In this document: positions 26,330-37,499 of the stretch, in pieces
Numbering within the stretch: position 1 is the stretch's first letter
How the letters are laid out: every line of letters begins with the position of its first letter
NCBI GenBank assembly: GCA_965207145.1
Contig: OZ242262.1
Coordinates: 2,411,947-2,475,946 of the forward strand
Direction of reading: 5' to 3'
DNA from: Dehalococcoidia bacterium
Lineage (GTDB): Bacteria > Chloroflexota > Dehalococcoidia > Lucifugimonadales > UBA2962
DNA: 64,000 nt
The notes under the pieces: generated by a model
Told to the model about the DNA's origin: nothing
The model's database searches: none
What the model saw: the letters and a program-made list of their open reading frames with translations, nothing else
Translations under genes and position numbers: made by a program

Positions 26330-26560
26330 TGATACCAGTAGCTGCTTTAGGGCCACCAGCTCTTGAATCGATCCTGCAGTCAGGTTGATGGTGACAGGGA
26401 CCGGCCCTCTCTAGTAACGGTGGCTGAAGACCTCGACCAGGAACTCCGCACCGGTCTTGGGCAGCAGGAGGGGACGGCCTAGATGTGGAAGGTGTCCAAG
26501 CTCTTTGTGGAAGGCAAGCGAACCGCCCCTGTCCTCCGTTCCACTATGCGATGATGGCCA
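26330..26560 (-). mobile_element. degraded fragment of an IS21-family IstB-like ATPase gene
   Basis: The minus-strand translation reads ...SLAFHKELGHLPHLGRPLLLPKTGAEFLVEVFSHRY*RGPVPVTINL... Compare the IstB Walker-B/C-terminal consensus LLILDELGYLP...LF.vis.RYErgS.i.TSN. There is an in-frame stop and no intact transposase nearby. Confidence 0.4.
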
Positions 26561-26590
26561 TCGACCATCTCGAACTCTGAGAGCCTGAGC

Positions 26591-27463
26591 ATGAGATTCA
26601 GCATGCTGTCATGGCTTCGTACGCTGGCGTCGCGCTGGGTGTTCCCAACGAAAGGCGCCGGGCCGTCCAAGATGGTTATGTACACCCCGGGAGGGCCCAT
26701 CCCCATCCGGCAGACGAAGCTTGCCCCCGATGGTGTGGACTTCTCCGAGGACCTATCGGAGGCCGGGTGGGTGGAGGAGAGTCTGTCGAACTTCGGCACG
26801 CTGAGGTCCTTGCTTCCAGATGGGTTCGCTGCGTATGCCCGGTTACTTCATCCAGCCTATCTGGACGGTGACGAGGCGCAACCGGTCCGATGGTCTACGG
26901 TGGCTTCTTGGACGGGAAGAACCGTCCATCCCCTGATGCAGTTCGAGCGCATCGCGGGGCTGAGTGAAGACTCCGGCGTCATGTACGAGGACCCGCCATG
27001 GGGTTCCCATCCGCGGGTCGGATCAATCCCTGAAGCGGAATGCCGTGCCCTTGTTCAGACGCTCAGGAGCTTCACCGCAACTCCTGACAGTTGCTATTTC
27101 TGCCTCTGGGAGGGCTACGGGAACATCGACACCCGCCTTTACAAGGCCAATGCCAGGGTAAGAGCGCCGGGACGAGACTACCTGCTGTTCCGCGGTCCCG
27201 TCGACTCCATCATGGCATTTCTTGCCGGAGATCGGCCTTTCCGGCGGCACTCCCCAAACATATGGTGGCCGGAGGATCGGGCCTGGTGCGTTGCGACCGA
27301 CATTGACCTGTACGACACCTACGTTGGCGGGAGCCAGGAGTGCATCGGAGCGGTTATGAGTAACCCGAGCCTGGAGGCGCTCCCTACAGCACTTGACGCC
27401 AGTGTGAGCCAGGGCAGAGACATCATCAATTCTGCTGAAAGATCCGGGGGCGGCTGCAAGTGA
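26591..27463 (+). CDS. conserved hypothetical protein
   Basis: 290-aa ORF; the real start is probably the ATG at 26672 or 26678. Its C-terminal SPNIWWPEDRAWCVATDIDLYDTYVGGS resembles motifs I recall from actinobacterial hypothetical proteins. No function can be assigned. Confidence 0.6.
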   Translation: MRFSMLSWLRTLASRWVFPTKGAGPSKMVMYTPGGPIPIRQTKLAPDGVDFSEDLSEAGWVEESLSNFGTLRSLLPDGFAAYARLLHPAYLDGDEAQPVRWSTVASWTGRTVHPLMQFERIAGLSEDSGVMYEDPPWGSHPRVGSIPEAECRALVQTLRSFTATPDSCYFCLWEGYGNIDTRLYKANARVRAPGRDYLLFRGPVDSIMAFLAGDRPFRRHSPNIWWPEDRAWCVATDIDLYDTYVGGSQECIGAVMSNPSLEALPTALDASVSQGRDIINSAERSGGGCK

Positions 27464-27881
27464 GAGATAGCGTCTCTCTCCCGTAACTATTGCTCCTGTC
27501 CACCAACGGGCCCTTAGCACCGTGAGCTAAAGCGATGCGACGTATTGAAGAGTTCCTATGTCGTGATTTTGGTGCGTAAGCATCACTTAACGCTTGGTCG
27601 ACTGGGGTTCGGCAGGCCGACAGGTTCTCGGTATGTTAAGTCCGTTAGATAGCGAAAGTCACCGCAGGTACGGTCGAGCCCGAGGCAAGCGGCCTCCGGT
27701 TACCCCGCACTTCAGTTCCGTTGACGACCTGTATTCACCGGACTTAGCTTTGTCTGGTAACTGGTCCATAACGCTGCAGCCGAGGTCGATTGGCCCCCCT
27801 CGTAACCGGCTTTGCCGCCGCGGAACGAAGAATCGAAACGGGTTGCGGTTGCCCAAATCGATGGACTGGCAGTCGCCTTAG

Positions 27882-27904
27882 CCCAAGGACCTATCGTCCT
27901 TGGG
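27882..27904 (+). promoter_or_regulatory. 9-bp stem / 5-nt loop hairpin in the alaS upstream region
   Basis: CCCAAGGAC-CTATC-GTCCTTGGG, read directly, about 50-70 nt upstream of the candidate alaS starts. It has no U-tract, so it is not a classical terminator. Confidence 0.25.
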
Positions 27905-27956
27905 AGTTGGAATTCCGTGCCCTCCCTCCGTATCCGACTGGCGTCGAGACCGTAGA

Positions 27957-30665
27957 ATGGTGACATTCGAGTCCATGGAATCCACAGTGAGCAGACCCAC
28001 AAGCGAACAGATACGGGAGTCGTTTCTCTCCTACTTCGAGGACAAAGGTCACCTGCGCGTGGCCAGTTCGTCCCTGATACCGGTCGGCGACCCGACGCTG
28101 CTGTTGACCACCGCCGGCATGGTGCAGTTCAAGCCCTACTTTGCGGGTGAGACGGAGCCTCCGAACAGGCGGCTGGCATCGTCTCAAAAGTCTTTCCGGG
28201 CCGTCGATGTTGACGAGGTGGGCGACTCCACCCACCTGACATTGTTCGAGATGCTGGGAAACTTCAGCATCGGCGACTACTTCAAGGAGGGCGCAATCGA
28301 GTTCGGGCTGGAGTGCCTGGATACGAAGATGGACCTGCCCAAAGAAAAGTTCGCCATCACCATCCACACCACCGATGACGAGGCGGAGGAACTGTGGGTT
28401 GCCGCGGGCATACCACGCGAGAAGATCTACCGCTTCGGCGACGAGGACAACTGGTGGGGACCCGCAGGCGACGAGGGACCTTGCGGTCCGTGCAGCGAAC
28501 TTCACTACGACTCCGGGCCGCAGGCCGGCTGCCGTCAGCCGGATTGCGGGCCCAATTGTACCAATCCGGTCTCCGGTACGGGTGAGTCATGCACCCGGTA
28601 CGTTGAACTGTGGAACCTGGTGTTCATGCAGTTCTACCACCACCTCGACGGCAACCGCACTCCCCTGCCCGCCCCCAGTGTAGACACCGGCATGGGCCTT
28701 GAGCGTCTGACGGTCGTCCTGCAGGGGGCTAGGGACATCTACGACACCGATCTGTTCCGGCCGCTGATCGAGAAGGTGGAGGAACTGTCAGGACATCGTT
28801 ACGGAAGAGAAGGAGGGGGCGACGCCCAGTCCAGGACCGATGTGGCGATGCGGATCGTCGCTGAGCACGCCCGCAGCGCGACGTTCCTGATAGCGGACGG
28901 CGTCGTACCCGGCAACGAAGGGCGCGGCTACGTGCTTCGCAGGATCGTTCGAAGGGCGATCAGATTCGGTCGCCGGCTCGGACTAGACCAGAGCTTCCTG
29001 GGCGAGATCGCCGACGTCGTAGTAGGAAAGATGGGACCGGCCTACCCTGAGCTCAGGCTGCACGAGAACTTCGTAAAGACCGTGCTCGGTCTGGAAGAGG
29101 AACGTTTCCAGCAGGTCTTCCAGCAGGGCTATGCGATCCTGCATGACGGCCTTGAGGAAAACGGCTCTCTCCTTCCCGGAGAGCTCGCATTCAAGCTTTG
29201 GGACACCTATGGCTTTCCCCTTGAGATAACGTCTGAGATAGCGCGCGAGAGGGGGGCAACGGTGGATCTTGCCGGGTTCGAGGCGGAGATGGAGGCGCAG
29301 CGCGAGCGGGGCCGGGCCGCGGGCAAGTTCGGAGGAGACAGGTCCAGGATCAGGCTCTATGAGAGCCTTGCCGTCGGCTCGACCGATTTCCTGGGATACA
29401 GGCAGCTGGCCGCAGAGACCGTGGTGGTCGGGCTGATCGCAGAGGACGACGTCGCCGCCACCGTCTGCAAGGGCCAGGAGATCGAGATTGTCCTGCGGGA
29501 AACCCCGTTCTACCCGGAGGGAGGAGGGCAGATAGGCGACGCCGGCGAGGTATCGGGACCGGACGGGGAGCTTCGGATACGCGACACCCAGACGGTGATG
29601 CCCGGGCTTGTCGTCCATTTCGGAGAGGTCACCGAGGGCACAGTCTCGCTCGGGCAGACGGTCAGTGCCTACGTGCACCCGGTTCGCCGGGAGGACACCG
29701 CCCGCAATCACACCGCTACGCATCTGGTCCACGCCGCGCTCAGGCAGGTCCTGGGCACGCACGTGCGCCAGGCGGGCTCCCTGGTCGCCCCGGACCGGCT
29801 GCGCTTTGACTTTACCCACCCCAAGGCGGTCGAGCGCGACGAGATGGAGCTGGTCCAGCGGCTGGTCAACGAGAAGGTCCGGTCAAACGCCCGCGTCCAG
29901 TCCAGCGAGGACGACTACACCCATGCCATCGAACGGGGGGCCCTCGCCTTCTTCGGAGACAAGTACGAGCAGAAGGTGCGCCTTGTCGAGATCGCGAACG
30001 GGGCGACCTTCAGCTTCGAGGTTTGCGGCGGCACCCATGTGAAGGCGACCGGCGAGATTGGGACCGTCTACGTCCTGTCCGAGCAGAGCATCGGCTCCGG
30101 GATCCGCAGGCTCGAGGCCGTGAGCGGCAGGGCCGCAGAGCGCACCGTCTGGGACCGCTTCGGTCGCGAGGACAGGCTCGCCCACGCCCTGCAGGTAGGT
30201 GCCGGCGATATCGAGGAGCGAGTGCGCCGGCTGATGGAGGAAAACGAGCGGCTGCGCCGCCAGGCCGAGGTGGCCGAGCGCCGCAGCGCCCTGCAGGCGG
30301 CCGAGGGCCTGCTCGACGCCCGTGTGGACGTGGACGGAGTGCCGGTCATATCAGTGCGGGCAAGCGCCGCGGACATGGACGGGCTTCGAGAGGTCGGCGA
30401 CTGGCTGCGGAGCAAGCTGGGCAGCGGCATCGTCGTCCTCGGCGCGGTGGTCAAGGACCGGCCCCAACTGGTAGCAATGGTCACCTCGGACCTCGTGGAA
30501 AGGGGCGTCGACGCCTCGGCTATCGCAAAGGGGGCGGCCAGAGTCATGCAGGGTGGCGGAGGAGGCAGGCCTGATGTGGCCCAAGCCGGCGGCAAGCTGG
30601 CGGGCAAGCTGGACGACTCCCTTGCGGAGGTCGAGGGCCTGGTCCGCAAGGCGCTTTCGGGCTAG
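27957..30665 (+). CDS. alaS: alanine--tRNA ligase
   Basis: TSEQIRESFLSYFEDKGH, LLTTAGMVQFKPYF, FEMLGNFSIGDYFK, the editing-domain HTATHLVHAAL and CGGTHV, and a C-terminal DHHA1-like GGGGGRPDVAQAGG. The ORF opens at 27900. The ATG at 27957 or 27975 fits the usual N-terminus. Confidence 0.95.
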   Translation: MVTFESMESTVSRPTSEQIRESFLSYFEDKGHLRVASSSLIPVGDPTLLLTTAGMVQFKPYFAGETEPPNRRLASSQKSFRAVDVDEVGDSTHLTLFEMLGNFSIGDYFKEGAIEFGLECLDTKMDLPKEKFAITIHTTDDEAEELWVAAGIPREKIYRFGDEDNWWGPAGDEGPCGPCSELHYDSGPQAGCRQPDCGPNCTNPVSGTGESCTRYVELWNLVFMQFYHHLDGNRTPLPAPSVDTGMGLERLTVVLQGARDIYDTDLFRPLIEKVEELSGHRYGREGGGDAQSRTDVAMRIVAEHARSATFLIADGVVPGNEGRGYVLRRIVRRAIRFGRRLGLDQSFLGEIADVVVGKMGPAYPELRLHENFVKTVLGLEEERFQQVFQQGYAILHDGLEENGSLLPGELAFKLWDTYGFPLEITSEIARERGATVDLAGFEAEMEAQRERGRAAGKFGGDRSRIRLYESLAVGSTDFLGYRQLAAETVVVGLIAEDDVAATVCKGQEIEIVLRETPFYPEGGGQIGDAGEVSGPDGELRIRDTQTVMPGLVVHFGEVTEGTVSLGQTVSAYVHPVRREDTARNHTATHLVHAALRQVLGTHVRQAGSLVAPDRLRFDFTHPKAVERDEMELVQRLVNEKVRSNARVQSSEDDYTHAIERGALAFFGDKYEQKVRLVEIANGATFSFEVCGGTHVKATGEIGTVYVLSEQSIGSGIRRLEAVSGRAAERTVWDRFGREDRLAHALQVGAGDIEERVRRLMEENERLRRQAEVAERRSALQAAEGLLDARVDVDGVPVISVRASAADMDGLREVGDWLRSKLGSGIVVLGAVVKDRPQLVAMVTSDLVERGVDASAIAKGAARVMQGGGGGRPDVAQAGGKLAGKLDDSLAEVEGLVRKALSG

Positions 30666-30683
30666 GTCCGGCACCGCCCTCAC

Positions 30684-31154
30684 ATGGCCACGGTCAGCCG
30701 CGTCTACGTCGGCGTCGATCTAGGGGACAAGAGGATCGGGCTGGCAAAGAGCGACCCGCTCGGTCTGCTGGCCTCGCCCGTAGCGACGCTGAGGCGAAGG
30801 AGCCATTCTGCGGACGTCGATGCCATCGTCAGGTTCGCCTCGGAGTCCGGGGCGCTTGAAATAGTGGTCGGCATGCCCACATCCATGTCCGGCGAGACCG
30901 GTCCGCAGGCTCAGCGCACCGCCGACTTTGTAAGGTCGCTCTCGGGCCAGTCGCATGTGCCGGTGCGCACGCAGGACGAGCGCATGTCCTCCGTAGAGGC
31001 CGAGGCGATGCTCCGCGCGGCTGGCAAGAGGCCCTCAAGGGACAAGGCTTCCGTCGATGCGGCCGCCGCGGCGATCATCCTCCAGCGCTTTCTGGACAGG
31101 CTAAACTCCACCCCGCGCCGTCGCCGGCAGCCGACACGCTCCCCGAACCTGTAG
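30684..31154 (+). CDS. ruvX: Holliday junction resolvase-like protein RuvX (YqgF)
   Basis: VGVDLGDKRIGLAKSD...VVGMP. Both the size and the position after alaS are typical. Confidence 0.88.
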   Translation: MATVSRVYVGVDLGDKRIGLAKSDPLGLLASPVATLRRRSHSADVDAIVRFASESGALEIVVGMPTSMSGETGPQAQRTADFVRSLSGQSHVPVRTQDERMSSVEAEAMLRAAGKRPSRDKASVDAAAAAIILQRFLDRLNSTPRRRRQPTRSPNL

Positions 31155-31163
31155 ACTCGGAGC

Positions 31164-32005
31164 GTGACCCACAGGCTCGGGGTGATCGGATACCCCCTCT
31201 CCCACTCGATATCGCCGCCGGTTCACCAGGCAGCGCTCGACCACCTGGGAATCGACGCTCGGTTCGAGGTCTGGGAGACCCTCCCGTCGGATCTGCCCGC
31301 GCTTGTCGACCGCATGCGTACCCCCGAGTTCATGGGCGCATCGGTGACTATCCCCCACAAGGAGACCGTCGCCGCCCTCATGGACGAGCTTAGCCCGGGG
31401 GCCGCGGCGATCGGGGCGGTTAACTGCATCGTAAACGTCAGCGGGCGGATGGTCGGTCACAACACCGACTGCGATGGCTTCATCACCGCCCTTGGAAGGT
31501 GCTCGGGCTTTAGCGCGAAAGGACGCAGCATCCTGCTCATCGGGGCGGGCGGGGCGGCCAAGGCGATAGGCCACGCGCTGCTGGGCGAGGGCGCCGCTTC
31601 GCTGACCATCGCCAACCGCACCCGCGCGAGGGCGGAGACTCTCGCCGCCGACCTTAACGGCGGCGCGGTTGCAGTCTCGCTGGACCCTTCGGACCTTGCG
31701 GGCCCGGCCGCAGGAGCCGACCTGATTGTTAACTCAACGTCGGTCGGGATGAGCAGCGGCGAGCGGGCGGGCGACTGTCCGATCGAGCCAGACCTCATCC
31801 CCGCCGGGTCACTGGTAAACGACATCGTCTACAGCCCGCCTGAAACTCCGCTCATGCGTGTCGCGCTCGCGCGCGGCGCACGCGTCCTCGGGGGGCTGCC
31901 GATGCTCATCTTCCAGGGGGCAGCGGCCTTTGAACTCTGGACGGGCCGGGATGCACCGGTCGAGGTGATGCTCGCGGCAGGCGAGCGCGCGCTGACGGTG
32001 CACGG

Positions 32006-32009
<4 letters not shown>
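31164..32009 (+). CDS. aroE: shikimate dehydrogenase
   Basis: GVIGYPLSHSISPPVHQAAL, SVTIPHKE, NTDCDGF, LLIGAGGAAKA. Confidence 0.9.
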
Positions 32010-34869
<2,860 letters not shown>

Positions 34870-34895
34870 ATCTTGGAAGAGGGGAAGACCCGGGG

Positions 34896-35174
34896 TCAAC
34901 TCCCCCCGGCCACCGCGGGGACTATGGATACCTCGTCGCCAGGCTTGGTCGCGGTGTTAAGGCCATCCTCAAAGCGCACGTCCTCGCCGTTTACGTAGAC
35001 GTTAACGAAGTTTCGCAGCTGCCCGGACTCGTCACAGAGACGACCCTTTATCCCCGGAAACTCGGCATCGAGCGCATCGATGACCGAGGCCACGCTGCTT
35101 CCCTCCACCGAGACCTTGTCGACACCGTTGGTGACCCGCCTAAGCGGTGCGGGTATCCGTACGTCCACGCTCAT
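34896..35174 (-). CDS. MoaD/ThiS-family sulfur-carrier protein, CysO-like, C-terminus ...AVAGGS
   Basis: 92 aa. FVNVYVNGEDVRFEDGLNTATKPGDEVSIVPAVAGGS closely parallels my recollection of M. tuberculosis CysO (FVNIYVNDEDVRF...ILPAVAGG). One extra residue follows the Gly-Gly. Confidence 0.8.
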   Translation of the reverse strand: MSVDVRIPAPLRRVTNGVDKVSVEGSSVASVIDALDAEFPGIKGRLCDESGQLRNFVNVYVNGEDVRFEDGLNTATKPGDEVSIVPAVAGGS

Positions 35175-35192
35175 CTTCTAGCTACCTCTCCC

Positions 35193-35435
35193 TCAGCCCT
35201 CGACCACGTCGCCTGAGATCGGGTCCACCCGGACCCCGCTCTCAACGACCCACTCAAGGCCCTTCCTTATCTCCTCTTCGTCGCCCTCCAGCTCAAGCAC
35301 CACCCATCCCATGTCCTCGCGCACGTCGGCGCGGCGGATGTTGGTGACGATCTCGAACCTTCGGCCCAGATCATAGATGATCGGCTGCTTGATCATCTCC
35401 TGCTCGTAGGTGAATTTGACCCGTGACATAGCCAT
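35193..35435 (-). CDS. NIL domain-containing protein
   Basis: 80 aa. IIYDLGRRFEIVTNIRRADVREDMGWVVLELEGDEEEI is the NIL (MetN C-terminal-like) pattern. Confidence 0.7.
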   Translation of the reverse strand: MAMSRVKFTYEQEMIKQPIIYDLGRRFEIVTNIRRADVREDMGWVVLELEGDEEEIRKGLEWVVESGVRVDPISGDVVEG

Positions 35436-35436
35436 A

Positions 35437-36672
35437 TCAGGACCTCGACTCCCTGGCGGCCAGCGCAGTCTGGAACGCCTCGTAGTCCGGCTCGGTGCAG
35501 ACTGGGTCCACGACCCGCTCCACCGCCTCCTGGGTCTTGAGGCCGTTCCCTGTGATGAACGCGACCACCACCTCGTCGGGATCGATTATACCCGCGCGGG
35601 CGATATTCCTTAGCCCGGAGATGACGACGCCTCCCGCGGTCTCCGTGAAGATGCCCTCGGTCTCTGCAAGGAGCTGTATCGCCTCTACGATCTCCTCCTC
35701 GGGAGCCATCACAGCAGAGCCCTCAGAGTCCGCGACGGTCCTGAGCGAGTAGTAGCCGTCGGCCGGGTTGCCTATGGCCAGGGATTTGGCGACGGTATCG
35801 GGCCGGACCGGCTTTACGTGAAAGCTGTCCTGCTCATACGCATCGACGATCGGCGCGCACCCCTCAGCCTGGGCCAGATGCATCCTGGTGCGCACCTGTC
35901 CTATCAGGCCGAGGTCGGACAACTCCTTAAGGCCCTTCCAGATCTTGGTGAACAGGGAGCCGGAGGCTGCAGGCACTATGCACCGATCGGGCGGGCGCCA
36001 GCCTAGCTGCTCCGCCACCTCGTAGCCCAGGGTCTTGCTGCCCTCTGCGTAGAAGGGGCGCATGTTGACATTAACGAACGCCCACCTGTGGTTGTCGGCA
36101 AGCTCGCTGCACAGCCGGTTTACCTGGTCGTACGTCCCGTCGACCGCGACCAGGGTCGCACCATATATGGCGGCCCCGAGGATCTTGCCCTTCTCAAGGT
36201 CGGAGGGGAAGAACACCATGGTGTCCATGCCAGATTTTGCGCCGTGGGCCGAGACGGCTCCTGCGAGGTTTCCGGTAGACGCGCAGGCGAGAGTCTCGAA
36301 CTCGAACTCCAGGGCCTTGTTGGTCGCCACCGAGACCACACGGTCCTTAAAGGAGAAGGTGGGGTTGGTGCTGTCGTTCTTTATGTAAAGGTTGTTAAGG
36401 CCGAGCGCGCGGCCCAGGTTGTCAGCCCGGGTGAGCGGGGTGAAGCCCGTGCCCATGTCTATGCCGGATTCGCGCGAGGTCGGAAGCAGGTCCTGGTAGC
36501 GCCAGATCGACAGGGGTCCGGCCTCGATGCTCTGCCTTGAGACGGCCCCGGCGATCGCCTCGTAGTCGTAGCCGACCTCGAGCGGTCCGAAGCAGAACTC
36601 GCACACGTGCTCGGGCTCGACCGGGTAGTGGCGGCCGCACTCTCTACAGAACAGGGACTCTACGAATGGCAA
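35437..36672 (-). CDS. threonine synthase-family PLP enzyme with N-terminal zinc ribbon
   Basis: CRECGRHYPVEPEHVCEFC zinc ribbon, the PLP lysine motif NPTFSFKDR and ASTGN. TTG start at 36672. The ORF ends 1 nt before the NIL gene. Confidence 0.85.
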   Translation of the reverse strand: MPFVESLFCRECGRHYPVEPEHVCEFCFGPLEVGYDYEAIAGAVSRQSIEAGPLSIWRYQDLLPTSRESGIDMGTGFTPLTRADNLGRALGLNNLYIKNDSTNPTFSFKDRVVSVATNKALEFEFETLACASTGNLAGAVSAHGAKSGMDTMVFFPSDLEKGKILGAAIYGATLVAVDGTYDQVNRLCSELADNHRWAFVNVNMRPFYAEGSKTLGYEVAEQLGWRPPDRCIVPAASGSLFTKIWKGLKELSDLGLIGQVRTRMHLAQAEGCAPIVDAYEQDSFHVKPVRPDTVAKSLAIGNPADGYYSLRTVADSEGSAVMAPEEEIVEAIQLLAETEGIFTETAGGVVISGLRNIARAGIIDPDEVVVAFITGNGLKTQEAVERVVDPVCTEPDYEAFQTALAARESRS

Positions 36673-36838
36673 CGAACGCGTCTCTCAGGGGCCGCCAACA
36701 TGATAAATCGCGGGCGTAGACTGGCCCGCGACCCACACGATCCTAGCAACGGCCGATCCGGAGTGTCAATCGACCCACGGGCTTCAGATCGGGCCGCTGT
36801 AAACTTGTAGGGTAACCCGGCTCCCAGTCTCTCACGCC

Positions 36839-37486
36839 ATGGCCACTCACAGACAGCTCCCGCTCTTCCCCCTGAACACCGTTCTGTTCCCGGGAAACGC
36901 CATGCCCCTTCAGATCTTCGAGCCGCGCTACCAGCGCATGCTGAAGGACTGCATGGACGGCGACCGGCGCTTCGGGGTGGTGCTGATCAAGACCGGCGCC
37001 GAGGTGGGGGGCAGGGCCGTCACCCACGCGGTTGGGACGATCGCAAAGATCATCCAGGTCAACGAGATCGGCGAGGGCCGCTTCTTCGTCTCGGCCCAGG
37101 GAGAGCAGCGCTTTCGGCTCATCGAGCGGCACGACGACGACCCCTACCCGAGCGGGGAGATAGAGGCGATCGTCGACGTGCCGGGGGACGGCGACCTGGC
37201 AATACTCGCCGCGAAGGTACGCGAGAGGGCCGGAGAGTTTCTCAACCTGGTAATGGGCCTGGGGGGCGGATGGGCCGGACGCAGAACGCTGCCGGACGGG
37301 CCCGAGCGCCTCTCCTACTACGTTCCCAAGCTGCTTCGGGTAGACCTTGCGGGCAAGCAGCGCCTGCTGGAGGCTGTGACCACCGGCGAACGCCTCAGCG
37401 CGGAGGCCGAGCTCCTGGACACACAGATCGGCGAGCTAAAGTCCCGGGTCTCAAGCGAGCTCAGGGGCCGCTTCAGCGCCAACTAG
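36839..37486 (+). CDS. LON N-terminal (substrate-binding) domain protein
   Basis: LPLFPLNTVLFPGNAMPLQIFEPRYQRML...RFGVVLIK is the classic LON_substr_bdg start. At 215 aa there is no ATPase or protease domain. Confidence 0.85.
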   Translation: MATHRQLPLFPLNTVLFPGNAMPLQIFEPRYQRMLKDCMDGDRRFGVVLIKTGAEVGGRAVTHAVGTIAKIIQVNEIGEGRFFVSAQGEQRFRLIERHDDDPYPSGEIEAIVDVPGDGDLAILAAKVRERAGEFLNLVMGLGGGWAGRRTLPDGPERLSYYVPKLLRVDLAGKQRLLEAVTTGERLSAEAELLDTQIGELKSRVSSELRGRFSAN

Positions 37487-37499
37487 ACACGGAGGGCCG

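Noticed and set aside
27635-27748. AAGUCCG / CGGACUU complementarity that resembles the RNase P RNA P4 helix (GGAAAGUCCGG / CCGGCUUA).
   Set aside because: Only ~95 nt separate the two halves. None of the other universal RNase P elements is present (GAGGAAAGUCCGGGC context, ACAGAA, the P10-P12 region). The helix is retained only as evidence of structure.
27464-27956. A T-box leader (or tmRNA/SRP RNA) upstream of alaS.
   Set aside because: I could find no T-box sequence (GGUGGNACCGCG), no recognisable specifier-loop/GA-motif Stem I, no tRNA-like 3' end (GGUUCGAAUCC...CCA) and no SRP GGAA-tetraloop/AGCA motif on either strand.
36778-36795. On the minus strand, upstream of the thrC-like operon, the RNA would read GGCCCGAUCUGAAGCCCG. 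This resembles the GGCCCGAUGAAGCCCGGCAACC core of SAM-I riboswitches, which would have fitted a methionine-pathway role.
   Set aside because: The other obligatory SAM-I/SAM-IV elements are absent (GCAACC, GGUGCCAAUUCC, and a P1 pairing with AUC...GAU), and I could not fold a four-way junction. The match is probably chance in a GC-rich divergent promoter region. An Rfam scan would settle it.
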